Positions 36,617 to 48,415 of a stretch of DNA of 64,000 bases are shown here, piece by piece. Each line of letters begins with the position of its first letter. Positions within the stretch are counted from its first letter, which is position 1. The notes below the pieces were generated by a model. It saw only the letters and a list, made by a program, of their open reading frames with translations. It was not told where the DNA came from and did no database searches. Both the position numbers and the translations under genes were made by a program. Source of the DNA: Octopus vulgaris (taxonomy: Eukaryota). The DNA is taken from the NCBI GenBank assembly GCA_951406725.2, contig OX597818.1, forward strand, positions 85,188,001-85,252,000, written 5' to 3'.

Positions 36617-36960
36617 AAGGTGCATGGCTTAGTGGTTAGGGTATTCAGCTCACAGTCATAAGGTTGTGAGTTCAATTCTCATTGACATGTTGTGTCCTTG
36701 AGCAAGACACTCTATTTTCATGTTGCTCTAGTCTACTCAACTGGCAAAAATGAGTATTGCCTATGTTTTAAAGGGCCAGCCTGTGTCATGCTGAATCTCC
36801 CTGAGAACTACATTAAGGGTACATATGTTTGTGGAGTGCTCAGCCACATATAAAGGCGGTGTTCCAGCATGGCCGCAGTCAAATGACTGAAACAAGTAAA
36901 AGAGTATATACATCAATTTCACAAGCAGGCCATTCTGTTGATTGGATCAACTGGAACCCC
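36617..36960 (+). mobile_element. SINE with family C head and variant tail, carrying a nested B 3' end
   Basis: A-box tggcttagtgg, gagttcaattc, core gtgtccttgagcaagacact; insert at 36853-36905. Confidence 0.8.
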
Positions 36961-37279
36961 TTGCAGCACCCATGGGTGAAAGTCATGGTCATGAAAACTC
37001 TCAGTTCACACTCCCACTCCCATTCCTTGAACCTGATGAAGCTGATCCACCCACGATTGGATGTTTCTGATTATGGAATGTCAACCCATTCATTCACTTT
37101 TTTTGTAGAATACTAATTGTATGGTAAATATTGTGTCAAACTGACAGCTGTACCATTACTGCTGTCACCCCATGGGCTTCTTTAGCTGCCCTTTTTTGCA
37201 ACAGAATACCATAATGTGGCACATCAGCTAATTCTACAAGAACACTTAAATGTCATATTTGGAGTTCTGATACACATAT

Positions 37280-37280
<1 letters not shown>

Positions 37281-37332
<52 letters not shown>

Positions 37333-37366
37333 CTATATATATATATATATATATCCCTCTCTCTCT
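37281..37366. repeat. (CT)n(CTAT)n(TA)n compound microsatellite
   Basis: Direct reading. Confidence 0.95.
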
Positions 37367-38124
37367 CCACCTCTTTCTACTTCTCCCCTACTTATCTTCT
37401 CTTCTCTCCCCCTGCCTACCTCTCATACTCATTGCTTACTGAAGCACTTTCATGAACTATGATTCTAATTACTCGACGCAAACAAAACATCCACAGACAC
37501 CAACATGTCATGTATAGATGTATCCTTATTAATTAATCTTAAGCCAACACACAATCAACATGTCTATTGACAATGCCATCATCCTTAACACTTTTCTTTT
37601 ATGGAGAGTAGGAAAAAAATCAAATGTTTCGGACAGTCCTTCCTCGTTAATTTCTCTCCTGTTAATTATTCCATGAAGAAGGACTTGAAACACTGGATTT
37701 TCTTCTCCCCACAGCTTGTTCTCTGCACTCTTTTAGTTAATTTTACTAAATGATATGAGTCTTGTCAAAGCAGACTGACAACAGCCTCATTGGAGTTGTT
37801 GGATTAAATAATTTTTTTATTTTCACACAAGAAAACTCGCAAATGTATAAGAAAGATGCAGTCAGTTTGGTATCTTACATAGACTTAGTTACCTACCCCA
37901 TTGCCCAACTAGAAATTATGTAATCCTTGATTCACTGTCTGAATAACAACTGGAATGGTCCTGACAGGTACATTTTTGATTATAGGTTTGCTGGATCTGG
38001 ACTAAGTGCTTAATCAATAACAGCAATTGGTACATGTTTTGTTGTATCTTGGGAGGGTCATTATGCCATTAGTAAACACATGCACTGGTTCTGTTTAACT
38101 TCTTTTATTATTATTAGTCATTTG

Positions 38125-38604
38125 AAAATGGCAAGCTAGAACCATTTCATTGCTGGCCAAAAAGCTTAGTAACATTTCTTCCAGGTTTATTTTCTGGGTT
38201 CAGATGCCACTAAGGTCAACTTTTCCTTTAATCCTTTTGGGGTTGATGATAAAATAAGTATCAGTTGAACACCGGAGTTGATGTAATCAACTTGCCCTCC
38301 CACCCCTAAAATTTCAGGCCTCATTCCTATAATAGATATAGGTTAAAGATCTTTCCCAGGTGATATAGACACATAGGGCCAGTTTCTGTGGCGTATACAT
38401 TCCCCCACTGGACAGGACAGTAGTCTGTCACATGATTACTCATTTTTGCTAACTGAGTGAACTGGAGCAATGTGAAATGAAGTGTTTTGCTCAAGAACAT
38501 AACACATCACCTGGTCCAATAATCAAAACCACAATCTTACAATCTACACCATAACCACTAAGCCACATGCCTCCACAGTGCCTATAATAGAAAGAATTAT
38601 TATT
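38125..38604 (+). mobile_element. SINE A interrupted near its 3' end by an inverted SINE C
   Basis: cctataataga is duplicated at 38326-38336 and 38581-38591 around the C copy. Confidence 0.8.
38337..38577 (-). mobile_element. SINE family C, full length, with TSD
   Basis: tactcatttttgc..tgagtgaactggagcaatgtgaaatgaagtgttttgctcaagaac..taaccactaagccacatgcctcc. Confidence 0.85.
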
Positions 38605-38729
38605 TGTCAGTTGGTTAACCATTTAAACAATTGACTTAAAGGGCAGTAACTTCTCTACAAGAAGCTGCTTGCTCCTTCTTCCTTCCCTTTCGTATTTTAA
38701 CTCATCTCCTACATAAATGCCCACTCTGG

Positions 38730-38915
38730 AGGTATTGCTGGTGGCATGAAAAAACCCCTACCCAGTACACTCTGTAAAGTGGTTGATGTTAGGAAGGGCA
38801 TCCAGCTGTAGAAACCATACCAAAGCTGATACTGGTGCACAGTGCAACTCCTTGAACCCATCAGATCCTGTCAAACCATCCAACTTGGACATTAAATGAT
38901 GGCGATGATGATGAT
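38730..38915 (+). mobile_element. Retroposon family F, 3' part
   Basis: cccagtacactctgtaaagtggttgatgttaggaagggcatccagctgtagaaacc..ggacattaaatgat. Confidence 0.8.
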
Positions 38916-38942
38916 TAATTGTTGTATCACTCAATTAATTTG

Positions 38943-39136
38943 CAGTGGCATATGCTGGTTATTGTATTGGGTGTGCTGCCACACCCAGTGCCACCAAATT
39001 TCAAGTAGGGGTATAGCAAAAGTTTTCCATTAAGATTTGTGATTAAATTAATGAGTAAGATTAATATTTATAACGAATTTGCCATTTTCAATGGGAGTGC
39101 GGTGCACACCTTGCACACCCAGAAAATACGCCCCTC
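38943..39136. mobile_element. hAT-like MITE with 8-bp TSD
   Basis: Ends cagtggcata / tacgcccctc, subterminal gggtgtgc / gcacaccc; flanks ttaatttg and ttaattag. Confidence 0.75.
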
Positions 39137-40174
39137 TTAATTAGCTAGGTTTGGTACATAGTTTGTCAATGGAAAATGAAAAACCAAGTCAACTGTAACA
39201 GGAATTGAACTTGGTTCTTGTCAAATTAATATTTTCTTAATCATCCTCATTATTTTAGGAAAAATGACAATAAATATGAAAGAAAAAAAAAAGCTTATCA
39301 AGTTGTGCCAACTACTTTAATCCCTGGAAAGTCAAATCTCTTTAGCTTAATTCCTCCTCCTGGAACTGCCTCCCACGTCTCTACCAAGCTGTCATTTCTC
39401 TTCCCTTCTTTCAAATAATGTCATACACTGATGGTGGTGATTCTCCACTTACACCCTCTTCCCTCTACACAACAGACTAAGCTTACAAGTTTTTCTTCTT
39501 TCTTTCTATTCCTTCTCTTCCACCTCTGCCCATCAAGTGTTCAGCATGCAATAGTTGTGGATATAGAAAAAAGATAGGCTGTGGCAGTAATCCTTTCCTT
39601 ACTTCCTCTCTCTCTCTCTCTCTCTCTCTCTATACCATCCACAGTTCTCTCACTCACTCATTCACTCACCTCCTCTTCCTCCTCCTGCCACTACTTTCTT
39701 CCAAGTGTGACTCAAAATTGAGTCACACTTAATTTGAAGATATTAATTTCTCTCTTTTTTTTCTACAATCATAATCATTAGAGGGTTCCTTTTACTAATC
39801 CTCTGCTAATAATAATCCTTCTCTATCCATGAGCTTGTAAATCTAATAAATTTGTTCATTCATTAAGTTGTGTATTTTATGATTTTAAAAAATGTTTCAT
39901 TTAATTAATTTATTTATTTATTTGACATATTCTCATCATCATTAATATTTCACATTCAGAGGCTTGAAGTTCCTGAGCAATGAGTAGGCAACAAGATGAA
40001 CATGATTTATTTATCACATGAAAAATCTCTTACTGCTATTTAATTCCTAGGTCAGCTTAGATTTAGCAAAACTATGATCAGAGAGATTCCAGTCACGACC
40101 ACCCAACCCCATTTTTTTTTCGTCTTTTTCTTTTTTTCTTCTAACAAGTATTTAGAACAAGAAGCTGATAGTAA

Positions 40175-40912
40175 AGCTAAACGATCTACAATTCGGTTTT
40201 CATGCTTATCCTCATCTATGGTCACAGGTCATAAATATTGGGTAACTACTAAGAGAGTGCAATTGTTATTGCACACAGCCAAAATGAGGTTCTAAAATAA
40301 AAAGTTACCTTCTAAGGTCCTTCCGACTCGTAAGGGCCTGTCTCCTGGTTTCCATGTCATATAAATTCCCCACCTGGATGGGACACCAGTCTGTTGTAGG
40401 ATGACTCATTTTTGCCAGCTGAGTGGACTGGAGCACCGTGAAATAAAGTGTTTTGCTCAAGAACACATGTTGCCTGGTCCTTGAATTGAACCTACAATCT
40501 TACAATCATGAGTCTAACACCCTAACCACTAATCCATGCACGTCCACAAAATGGGATTGTGTTACAGGATCTCTAGAGTAATGTTCCTCCACAGGTTATG
40601 TAGCTCAGAGATCAGGGAGTGTCTTCAGATTGAGCTGCTGCTTCTCTGCATTGAGAAGTCACAGCGCCATGTGATTAGAATGTCACAGAACAAATCAGAT
40701 GACAAATTCTTCAAGCCATGCCAACTGGAAGGAGATTTAGAAATAGAACAAGATGGTTGGGTAATATCCATAATCTCAGTTAGTCACCTTTTGGAATCAA
40801 GCTATGAAGTTTAATAACAGTTGTTTCTGGTAGGACCCTATTGGTGGAGACACCTGAGGACTCTACTTCAGGAATCTCTCTTAGAAAAGTGGACGGAAAA
40901 AATTGGATGGAT
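40175..40912 (+). mobile_element. RTE-clade (Rex3/Expander-like) LINE 3' fragment split by a SINE
   Basis: GHKYWVTTKRVQLLLHTAKMRF | KMGLCYRISRV..SSEIRECLQIELLLLCIEKSQ..HVIRM, frameshift, ILQAMPTGRR..RTRW; ends ttggatggat. Confidence 0.8.
40294..40546 (-). mobile_element. SINE family C, full length, with ~14-bp TSD
   Basis: Flanked by caaaatgaggttct (40280-40293) and caaaatgggattgt (40547-40560). Confidence 0.85.
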
Positions 40913-41114
40913 TAATGAGTATCTAGATCAGTGTGTTGCTTCTCTTTTTTAATACATTTAGGTGTTAAGGGAGATTTGATTCCTACTTTAAATGTAAGGT
41001 GTCATTCTTATACACACACTTGCCTGCTTCCTCCATGCCTCCTCTCTTTTTCATCTTAGGTATTTGTGTCTATCTATCTATCTATCTATCTATCTACTTA
41101 TCTATAGATAGACA

Positions 41115-41395
41115 GACATAGCTACTGTAGCCCTCAAGTAACCAATATTTTGTAAATGAATTTGGGAGATGGAAACTGTGCAGAAGCCTGGCAGATTCAT
41201 GTGTGTTTGCTCCTACCACTGCTTGACAGCTAGTCTTGAGTTGTTTACATTCCTGTAAACTAGTGGTTCAGCAAAAAAGATTGATAGAATAAGTACCAAA
41301 CATCAAAAAAGTACTGGAGTTACTTTGGCTAAACCCTTCAAGGTGGTGCCGCAGCGTGGCCACAGTTCAATGATTGAAGCAAAAGGTAAAAGATG
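41115..41395 (+). mobile_element. SINE family B, 5'-truncated
   Basis: gatggaaactg..gcttgacagc..ttcagcaaaa..gatagaataagtacc..aaacccttcaaggtggtgcc. Confidence 0.8.
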
Positions 41396-41694
41396 TATAC
41401 ATACGTATGTATATATGATGTGTAATATGTCCTGCTGTCTCTGTCTATGACTTATTCTTTTTCTATTTGTCTCTCTCTCTCTCTCTCTGTTTGCTACTCT
41501 CTCTCCCTCTCTTTCTCATGGCACTTTGCCTGCACTTGTATGTGAAGTAATTTTTATATCTATATTCTCCGTGTCCTCTCAGACTTAGCACCTTGTGGTT
41601 GTGAGTCGTAATTTTAGAATAAACAGGATACTGTAGGTGGTAAAATTGAGTAGAAACAATTTCTGTATGAATATGTATATACGAATATGATGCA

Positions 41695-41698
41695 TGTA

Positions 41699-41755
<57 letters not shown>

Positions 41756-41832
41756 GCACGCACACATACACAAATGCTACCTGTATACATGGTCTGTGTG
41801 TGTGTGTATATTTATGTATGTATATGTGTATA

Positions 41833-41882
<50 letters not shown>

Positions 41883-41905
41883 TGTTATGTATGTATGGAT
41901 GGATG
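41695..41905. repeat. (TG)n/(TA)n microsatellite cluster
   Basis: Direct reading. Confidence 0.95.
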
Positions 41906-42570
41906 TGAAAGTAAGATAGTATATCCATGAAGGTACTGGAAAGAAAAAGGCGATGGGAGTGGGGGAGAATGTTACAAAAGATTTTGAGAAATAAGTAGAT
42001 GTCGGGAGTTTAAACGATGAGGGGAGTTGTAGAATACAGAACTAAAATAGCTGACAAAAAAAAAAAGGAAAAAAGGAAAAGAATGATAGAAAAGGAAAGA
42101 GTTGGCTTCCGAAAGTTGAAGAGGAAAGAGAAAAAAGAAGTTGTAAAATTTTAAAAAATATATATATTTAAAAAACATCTAAAATCGAAAATGAAGTAAC
42201 ATAAGATACGAAAATCAAAAACTATGAAGGAAAATTTGGAAACCACTGACAGTTTCCTTGCCAAGTCTCTTGGAGAATTCTTAAAGAATATTTCTTTGGT
42301 TGGTTAGCTTTATTTAATTTCAGAAATCTGGTCTTGTTGTTGTTGTTGATGATTGGAGGTTTGGAGAAATGGAGAGGAAATGCAGTTACAATGTGGCGGG
42401 TGATGCAGCCAAAAATGTTGCTATTCATCTCAGAGAGACCTATTATCAAAAGTGTTCTATATGTGACCAACTCATTGGTGATTTTCAAGATAGTAGAATA
42501 TTTTCAGTTTATATAGATTATAATGAATCTGACTGGAGTCTCCTATTTCCACCAATGCATATTGTACATA

Positions 42571-42745
42571 AAGGCAGTGAGCTGGCAAGAATTGTTAGTG
42601 TGTCAAGCATTTCTTCTTCTGGTTCTTTACATTCTCAGTTCAAATCCCATGAAGGCAGCTTTGCCTTTCATCTGTTTAGGGTCGGTAAAATAAATTACCA
42701 TGAGGTCAATGTATTCAACTTGCCCCCTTCTCTTAAAATTGCTTG
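42571..42745 (+). mobile_element. SINE family A
   Basis: aaggcagtgagctggcaagaattgttag..gttcaaatccc..ctttgcctttcatc. Confidence 0.8.
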
Positions 42746-42894
42746 ATTTTGCTTTTAACCATTCAACTCACTGGTGCACCCGTTCAGAGGAAATGTTGTG
42801 GTCTCTGTAACTTATATCCCATGCAAATTAGGTAATCGACCTTATGAGTTCTAGCGCTCAAGAAAAAGAAAAGTGTTCTTCTTTTTACGAACAT

Positions 42895-43310
42895 AGGATA
42901 TTGTTTGAATGAGATTAAGTTGCTGTTTCTAGCAGGTTTAGGGACTACATAGAGTTACTTGTGTTGCTTACACTGTTGTTCAATTAGCTCCAAGTCAGCT
43001 ATGATGAAACAAACCTATGATCAAAGACTATCCATTATCAATAACTAAATTGTCTGATTTCCTCCCTTTTTATAGTAGTGTAAGATTTAAAGAAAATTTG
43101 ACTGCTATTTCTTGGTCAGTCTTGATCAAGCAGATCTATAATGAAAGACAGTCCAATATGAATAACTAAATAATCTAATATGCCTCTCTCTCTCTCTCTC
43201 TCCCCTTCCCTCTCTCAGTCTTTCTCTGATATGTATGTGCATGTTTGATTTAAAGAAGATAGGGTTGCTATTTCTAGCAGATTGAATGGCGATATGGGAA
43301 CACCTAACAG
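42895..43310 (+). mobile_element. Three tandem repeat I segments
   Basis: (t)gctatttctagcag-like motif at 42922, 43103 and 43266; ctatgatcaaagac-like motif at 43015 and 43136. Confidence 0.65.
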
Positions 43311-43410
43311 TAGTGCTAATAGTGATGTCAGTTGAAATAGTTGTGTTGTTGTTTTTATCTTGGAAAGAGGCAAGAAATCGAAAAGGGAAATTTTCTAACT
43401 TTCACTTGCT

Positions 43411-43917
43411 TTAACCCTTTTGCTAGCATATTTCCAATGAAATACAACTACCTTTGTTTCAATTAATCTTGCAAATAATGAAGAATTTAGTGTAAAACAT
43501 TGTCATTATTAAGCCTGTGTTTGGCACATAAATTAACATGACATTTTGATGGGAGGTTTTAATTTAACACTTTTCTTACATATTTCCAATGAAATACACT
43601 GCCTTTGTTTTAATTGATTATGAAAATGAAGAAGAATTTAGTAAAACAACTTCGTCATTATTAAGCTGGTGTTTAGCACATAAATTAACATGAAATTTTG
43701 ATGGAATGTTTTAATTTAATACTTTCTTACACTGTCTTTGTTTCAATTAATTTTGAAAATAATGAAGAATTTAATAAAGCAAATTTGTCATTAAGCTGGT
43801 ATTTGGAATATAAACTGACATAAAATTTCAATGGAAGAATTTTAATTTAGATAATTTTAAAACAGGTAATTTATATCATAGAAGCGGTCTCAGGTAGTTT
43901 GATATCAAAAGCGTGAA
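43411..43917 (+). mobile_element. piggyBac-like MITE E with internal ~150-bp triplication
   Basis: ttaacccttttg ... gatatcaaaagcgtgaa; units at 43427, 43579 and ~43727. Confidence 0.85.
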
Positions 43918-43975
43918 AGAAGCCCGTCACTTTGTCATAGATTTTACTATTGTTTAATTTTCAATTTTGTTATAT

Positions 43976-44200
43976 TTTACCTTTTAGCATCTAAACGAGC
44001 CCTAACTGGCCCAAATATTTTACCTTTTTTATGTTGAAACCAGGCAGATACAGCCTCTCACACCTACACTGTAATATCATTCTTTAAACAATCACATCAT
44101 CGAAATCTTGTAGCTCTAAAATTATACATTATTTATTCATAATCATGGTGAATAAATAAGCATTACATTTGAGAAAGTAACCTGATTGCTAAAAGGTTAA
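43976..44200 (-). mobile_element. piggyBac-like MITE family D
   Basis: tttaccttttagcat ... gctaaaaggttaa. Confidence 0.8.
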
Positions 44201-44815
44201 TTTTTTTTATTTAAGAACATTGTGACCATCCTGTGTTTTTCTCATGGACTGAGAGAACCCAGGATGACCATATCAATCATGTTCTTATCAAAGAGTGTAG
44301 TCTTTTGAAGGGAGGATTTTGCTGCAATTGCTATTTTTAGCAGGATAAGCGTCTGTTGAAGCTCTTTTGTTGGTTTATAGCAGTGATTGTTAACAATGTT
44401 GGCATCGGTGATGGTAATGGGGTGAGTCTGCTTTAGCTGTGATGATGCGATGGTTGGTGTGTTATAAGTAACCTTACTAATGATGCAGGCAGCTGTTGGT
44501 TAGCTTTCATGGGGTGAAAGAGTTTGAGGTCTAATGGGTGTTTTCAATAAAGAAAAATAACCCACTTCTAAAGTCTTTGACAAAAGTCACAGCTTTAAAA
44601 GTGGATGGTGGTGTTAGTTTTTGGGTGTTTAGATAAATAAGTGTAGTGCGCATTTAACACATGTCTCTCAGATTTTTTATAGAAAGACTCTTACACACAT
44701 GTGCACATGCCCATATGCAGGGAGTAGTTAGTTTACATATGTTAGTATACAGCTGCATATATGGTGCACACACAAGGTAATACCAATATTATTATTATTA
44801 TCATAGGAACGCAGA

Positions 44816-44965
44816 AAGGCAGTGAGCTGACAGAAACAGCACACTGGACAAAATGCTTAATGGCTTTTCATTCTTTATATTCTGAACATTTCACACTTTT
44901 GGGGTCAGTGAAATAGATACCAGTCAAGTACTGTGGGTCTATTTTAATTGACTTCTCCCTTCCCT
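44816..44965 (+). mobile_element. SINE family A, internally deleted
   Basis: aaggcagtgagctgacagaa..ggacaaaatgctta..ggggtcagtgaaatagataccagtc. Confidence 0.75.
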
Positions 44966-44969
44966 TTCC

Positions 44970-45110
44970 AATCATGTAGTTCTGAGTTCAGTTTTATTGC
45001 ATAACGCCTAAAGCAGTTATCTTCTGATATAGTCCCTGGCTGACAAAAGCCTTGTAAGTGAATTTGGTAGGTGGAAACTGAAAGAAGCCTGTTGTGTGTG
45101 TGTGTGTATA
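44970..45110 (+). mobile_element. SINE B head
   Basis: aaagccttgtaagtgaatttggtaggtggaaactgaaagaagcctg followed by (TG)n. Confidence 0.75.
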
Positions 45111-45129
45111 AATATATATACACACATAT

Positions 45130-45498
45130 TTTGTTTGTTTCAGTCATTTGACTACAGCCATGCTGAAGCACTGCCTTTAGTCAAACAAATTGACCCCAGG
45201 GCTTATTCTTTGTAAGCCTAGTACATATTCTAACGGTGTCTTTTGCCAAACCGCTAAGTTATGGGGACATAAACACACCAGCTTCAGCTGTCAAGCGATG
45301 GTGAGTGAGCACACACACACACACTCACACATGCATACGACAGGCTTCTTTTAGTTTCCATCTACCAAATCCACTCACAAGGCTTTGGTTGGCCCGAAGC
45401 TATAATAGAAGACACTTCCCCAAGGTGCCATAAGTGGGACTGAACCCAGAACCATGTGGTTGGTAAGCAAGCTATTTACCACTCAGCCACTCCTGCAC
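45130..45498 (-). mobile_element. SINE family B, full length, best preserved copy
   Basis: Minus strand has A-box TGGCTGAGTGG and B-box-like GGTTCAGTCCC; several CpGs are retained. Confidence 0.9.
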
Positions 45499-45789
45499 CA
45501 AATTATATATATATATTACATATATATATAATTTGTAGTATTCATTTGAATCAAGATATTTTAATAATAATGATACCAAGTCAGGGTCAAGATTAACATG
45601 TTCATGTATGTGCTGTATATGGACGCTTATACATACATGCAGATGAACAAATCAATACACACATTCTTATATTTATACATATGAAATTATACACTTGTAA
45701 TGATCCTCTGGGAATTCTGGATCTAATGGAAGGAAGGTTCCAGGTATAGCGTTTACACAAAGAAAGGACACAAATGGGTAAGAGTGTGT

Positions 45790-45972
45790 GCATGTGTGTT
45801 ATTATCCTCTTGATAGTTGTGAATTAGTGTCACCATCATGCAAACGGCAGTATCCTTCGTTTCTAATATTTGTGAAAATAAGTGAAGATTGGCAATAGGG
45901 AGAGCATCCAGGCATAAAAAACTCTGCCTGAATTCCATCTAACCCATGCAACCATGGAAAAGTGGACATTAG
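45790..45972 (+). mobile_element. SINE family G, 3' module
   Basis: gagagcatccaggcataaaaactctgcc..cccatgcaaccatggaaaagtggacatta. Confidence 0.75.
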
Positions 45973-46048
45973 AATGCACACACATTAACACATGCTTAGC
46001 AAGTAATAGTTTTAATATGGAAATACCTATATGTATATATATATATAT

Positions 46049-46151
46049 ATATAGTGCGTCCATAAATTTTGTGTTCAATATAGTTCTATCATGTATAGTT
46101 ACAAAGCCATAAGTATTTTAAATTGCACATGGATTTTATAGACACCTTGTA
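46049..46151. mobile_element. ~100-bp mariner-like mini-MITE
   Basis: tatagtgcgtccataaatt is inverted with attttatagacaccttgta; TA at both ends. Confidence 0.55.
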
Positions 46152-46534
46152 TATAATGCATGCACATGCTCTAGGTGGGATGCAATGGCACTAAACCCAA
46201 AACTATTTGATCTGGAAGTAAACTTCTTACTTACACTGACAAACAGTATAATTGAGTAGTAGAAAACAGGATGGTCCTGGCTGGAAAGTCTTTCAACAGA
46301 GATGTACTAGAGCTGGCTGATTTGGGGGTTAAGCTACAATAAGTACATTTATACTTAAAGTTAGCGTACATACATTGGGGGAGGGTAAGATCTTGACTTT
46401 TGTCTTTTTTCATTTCGCATGAAAGCACATTGTGTGTGTGTGTGTGTGTGTATATTGACTTCTTATTACTATTATTTGCTTTTTGTGTCCTTTTGCAGCT
46501 GCCAAATATCTAAAAGATCTCCCCTGTGGGTGTA

Positions 46535-46577
46535 TAATAATAATAACAATAATAATAATAATAATAATAATAATAAT
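46535..46577. repeat. (AAT)n microsatellite
   Basis: Direct reading. Confidence 0.95.
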
Positions 46578-47768
46578 TGTTGCAGTTGTAATAATATGAA
46601 GAATGTAAGGAACATTAAACACAGCAACAATAGTATCTACCAGAAAGAAAAAGAGAGAGAGAGAGAGAGAGAGAGAGTCTGTAGAAGACAGAAAGAGGTA
46701 GAATTATAGGCGGGGAAGGGGGAACACGTTTTTCTCTTCTCCAGAATTCATATTTTATGAAAGCTGTTCCTATATTGCTTGCTCTTCCATGCAGATAAAT
46801 CTTTGAGGAAAGAATGGAATGGTGGTTGAGTAAGAAAGAGCGAGATGGGAGTGGAGAAGAAAAAGTGGTACAACATAGAAAAGAACTCATACACAGACCT
46901 GCGTTGAAGAATGTGGGGTGTGGGGGAGAATTTGGGTGTATAGTTCTGAAGGTAAAATAAATGCACATGTGCACACGCATACAACAAAGAGTGTATGGGG
47001 AGGGAGGGGGTTAAATAATTGTGGAAAAAAAATTTTAATAAAAATAACTGCAAACAACGAAATAACCAAATATATAAAAATAAAGGAACTTTTCTTGGTT
47101 GTAGAATTTCAAGGCATATGTTGCAAAAAAAAAGAGAGAGATGTTACCTGCAGGAATAGTTTTTGAAGAATTGTTGATGGTTTTGATAGTTAATAGGTGT
47201 TCAAAGAGGATTTTGGATTTGTTTTTCTTCTAAGAAAGCATGATGGTAGATGAGTGGTGGAGGTGTTTGGTTGGCTGGTTGTCTTGAAATCTGTTGAATC
47301 TCTTCATTCTTAACACAGTTATACCCTTCCTATCTACCTACCAACATTCTGAACTGTCAGGGTGGTGCATACTTGTGTGTGTGTGTGTTGTATGTATGGA
47401 TGAGGTAGAAGTGATAGGAAAAAAATTTGAGTTTAAGAAGAAAAATCTCTTCCTTCTTTGCCAAACCAGAAAGATTCTTGTTATATATTCCATGTTTTGT
47501 TTTGCTTTTATTGTAAGAAAAATATCTAAAGATCTCAAGTTTAGCAAAGAAAACAGGAGGGAAAATGTGTACCCCCACCTTAGAAAAAAAAAAGGTGCCA
47601 AAAACAATTCTCATTAAGGAAGAGGAAGTGACTATATATAAACGAGGCAGTGTAAGAGGGGAAGTTAAAAGATGTAGAGTGAAATGAAGGAAGAACAATG
47701 TTTGAAAAGAGAGATGAAGCAGATAAAAACAGATTAAGGAAAAACAATGAGAAGCTGTGCAGCTTCAG

Positions 47769-47822
47769 TTAACCCTTTTGTTACCAACCTGTTGGAAACT
47801 GCCACTCATGTTGATGATACAG
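47769..47822 (-). mobile_element. MITE E right-end fragment
   Basis: ttaacccttttgttaccaacctgttggaaactgcc is the reverse complement of the E right end seen at 8530-8563. Confidence 0.6.
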
Positions 47823-47839
47823 GTGAAATAATCATTATA

Positions 47840-48415
47840 TTTAAGTTGAAACCTGTGATGCAGGGAAGTGCAGCATTGATAAGATATTTGTGGAGTTGTG
47901 GAGTAAATGAAGGGATAATTCTAAGTGACATGTCATGTGTCTCTTTGGAAGATTCCAGGCTCTAACTTTGTCATGGAAAAGTAGACGGTGGGGTATGTGA
48001 TTTTTGAATGCACCAAAAAGCTCTCAGTGGATATACTCTTCTTTGAGGCAGTTGGCACTGCTGCTACCACGCTGAACAATCAGCCAACGTAGGAATTACA
48101 TCTATGTGATAAATTATGCCTGTGGGTGTGCTCAATAGCACCACATGAGAGAAATCTACATGAAAGAAATGATGTGGTAAGTGGAGCTGGGATTGACAAA
48201 GAAGAGCTTGAAAACAACACTGTAATGCAATATTTTAGTTTGGGATCAATAGTTGTGGCTCATCTGTGCACTCCTTCGCATAAACAGCATGTGACCATTG
48301 TGAGGACAACTCAGCTCCCAAACAAATACAGTTCTGTGTGCAGTGTCCAGGCATGCAAGGTCACATTAAGAACGTGGTCTCTAACCAATGTGGTTGGTTC
48401 ATAGACACCATAAAT
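47840..48415 (-). mobile_element. CR1/L2-like LINE ORF2 C-terminal relic
   Basis: Broken minus-strand frames give EGVHR*ATTIDPKLK (cf. E.VQRRATK.I) and LFHDKVRAWNLP (cf. FF..RV..WN.LP) in the expected order. Confidence 0.5.

Noticed and set aside
36970-37275. Possible mariner transposase remnant (KKVNEWVD on minus strand)
   Set aside because: Single short motif and no convincing TIR pair.
42369-42746. 125-aa ORF with CSICD (LIM-like)
   Set aside because: Only one CxxC, and the second half is SINE A.
45425-45498. tRNA gene
   Set aside because: A/B-box-like motifs belong to a SINE head; no complete cloverleaf.
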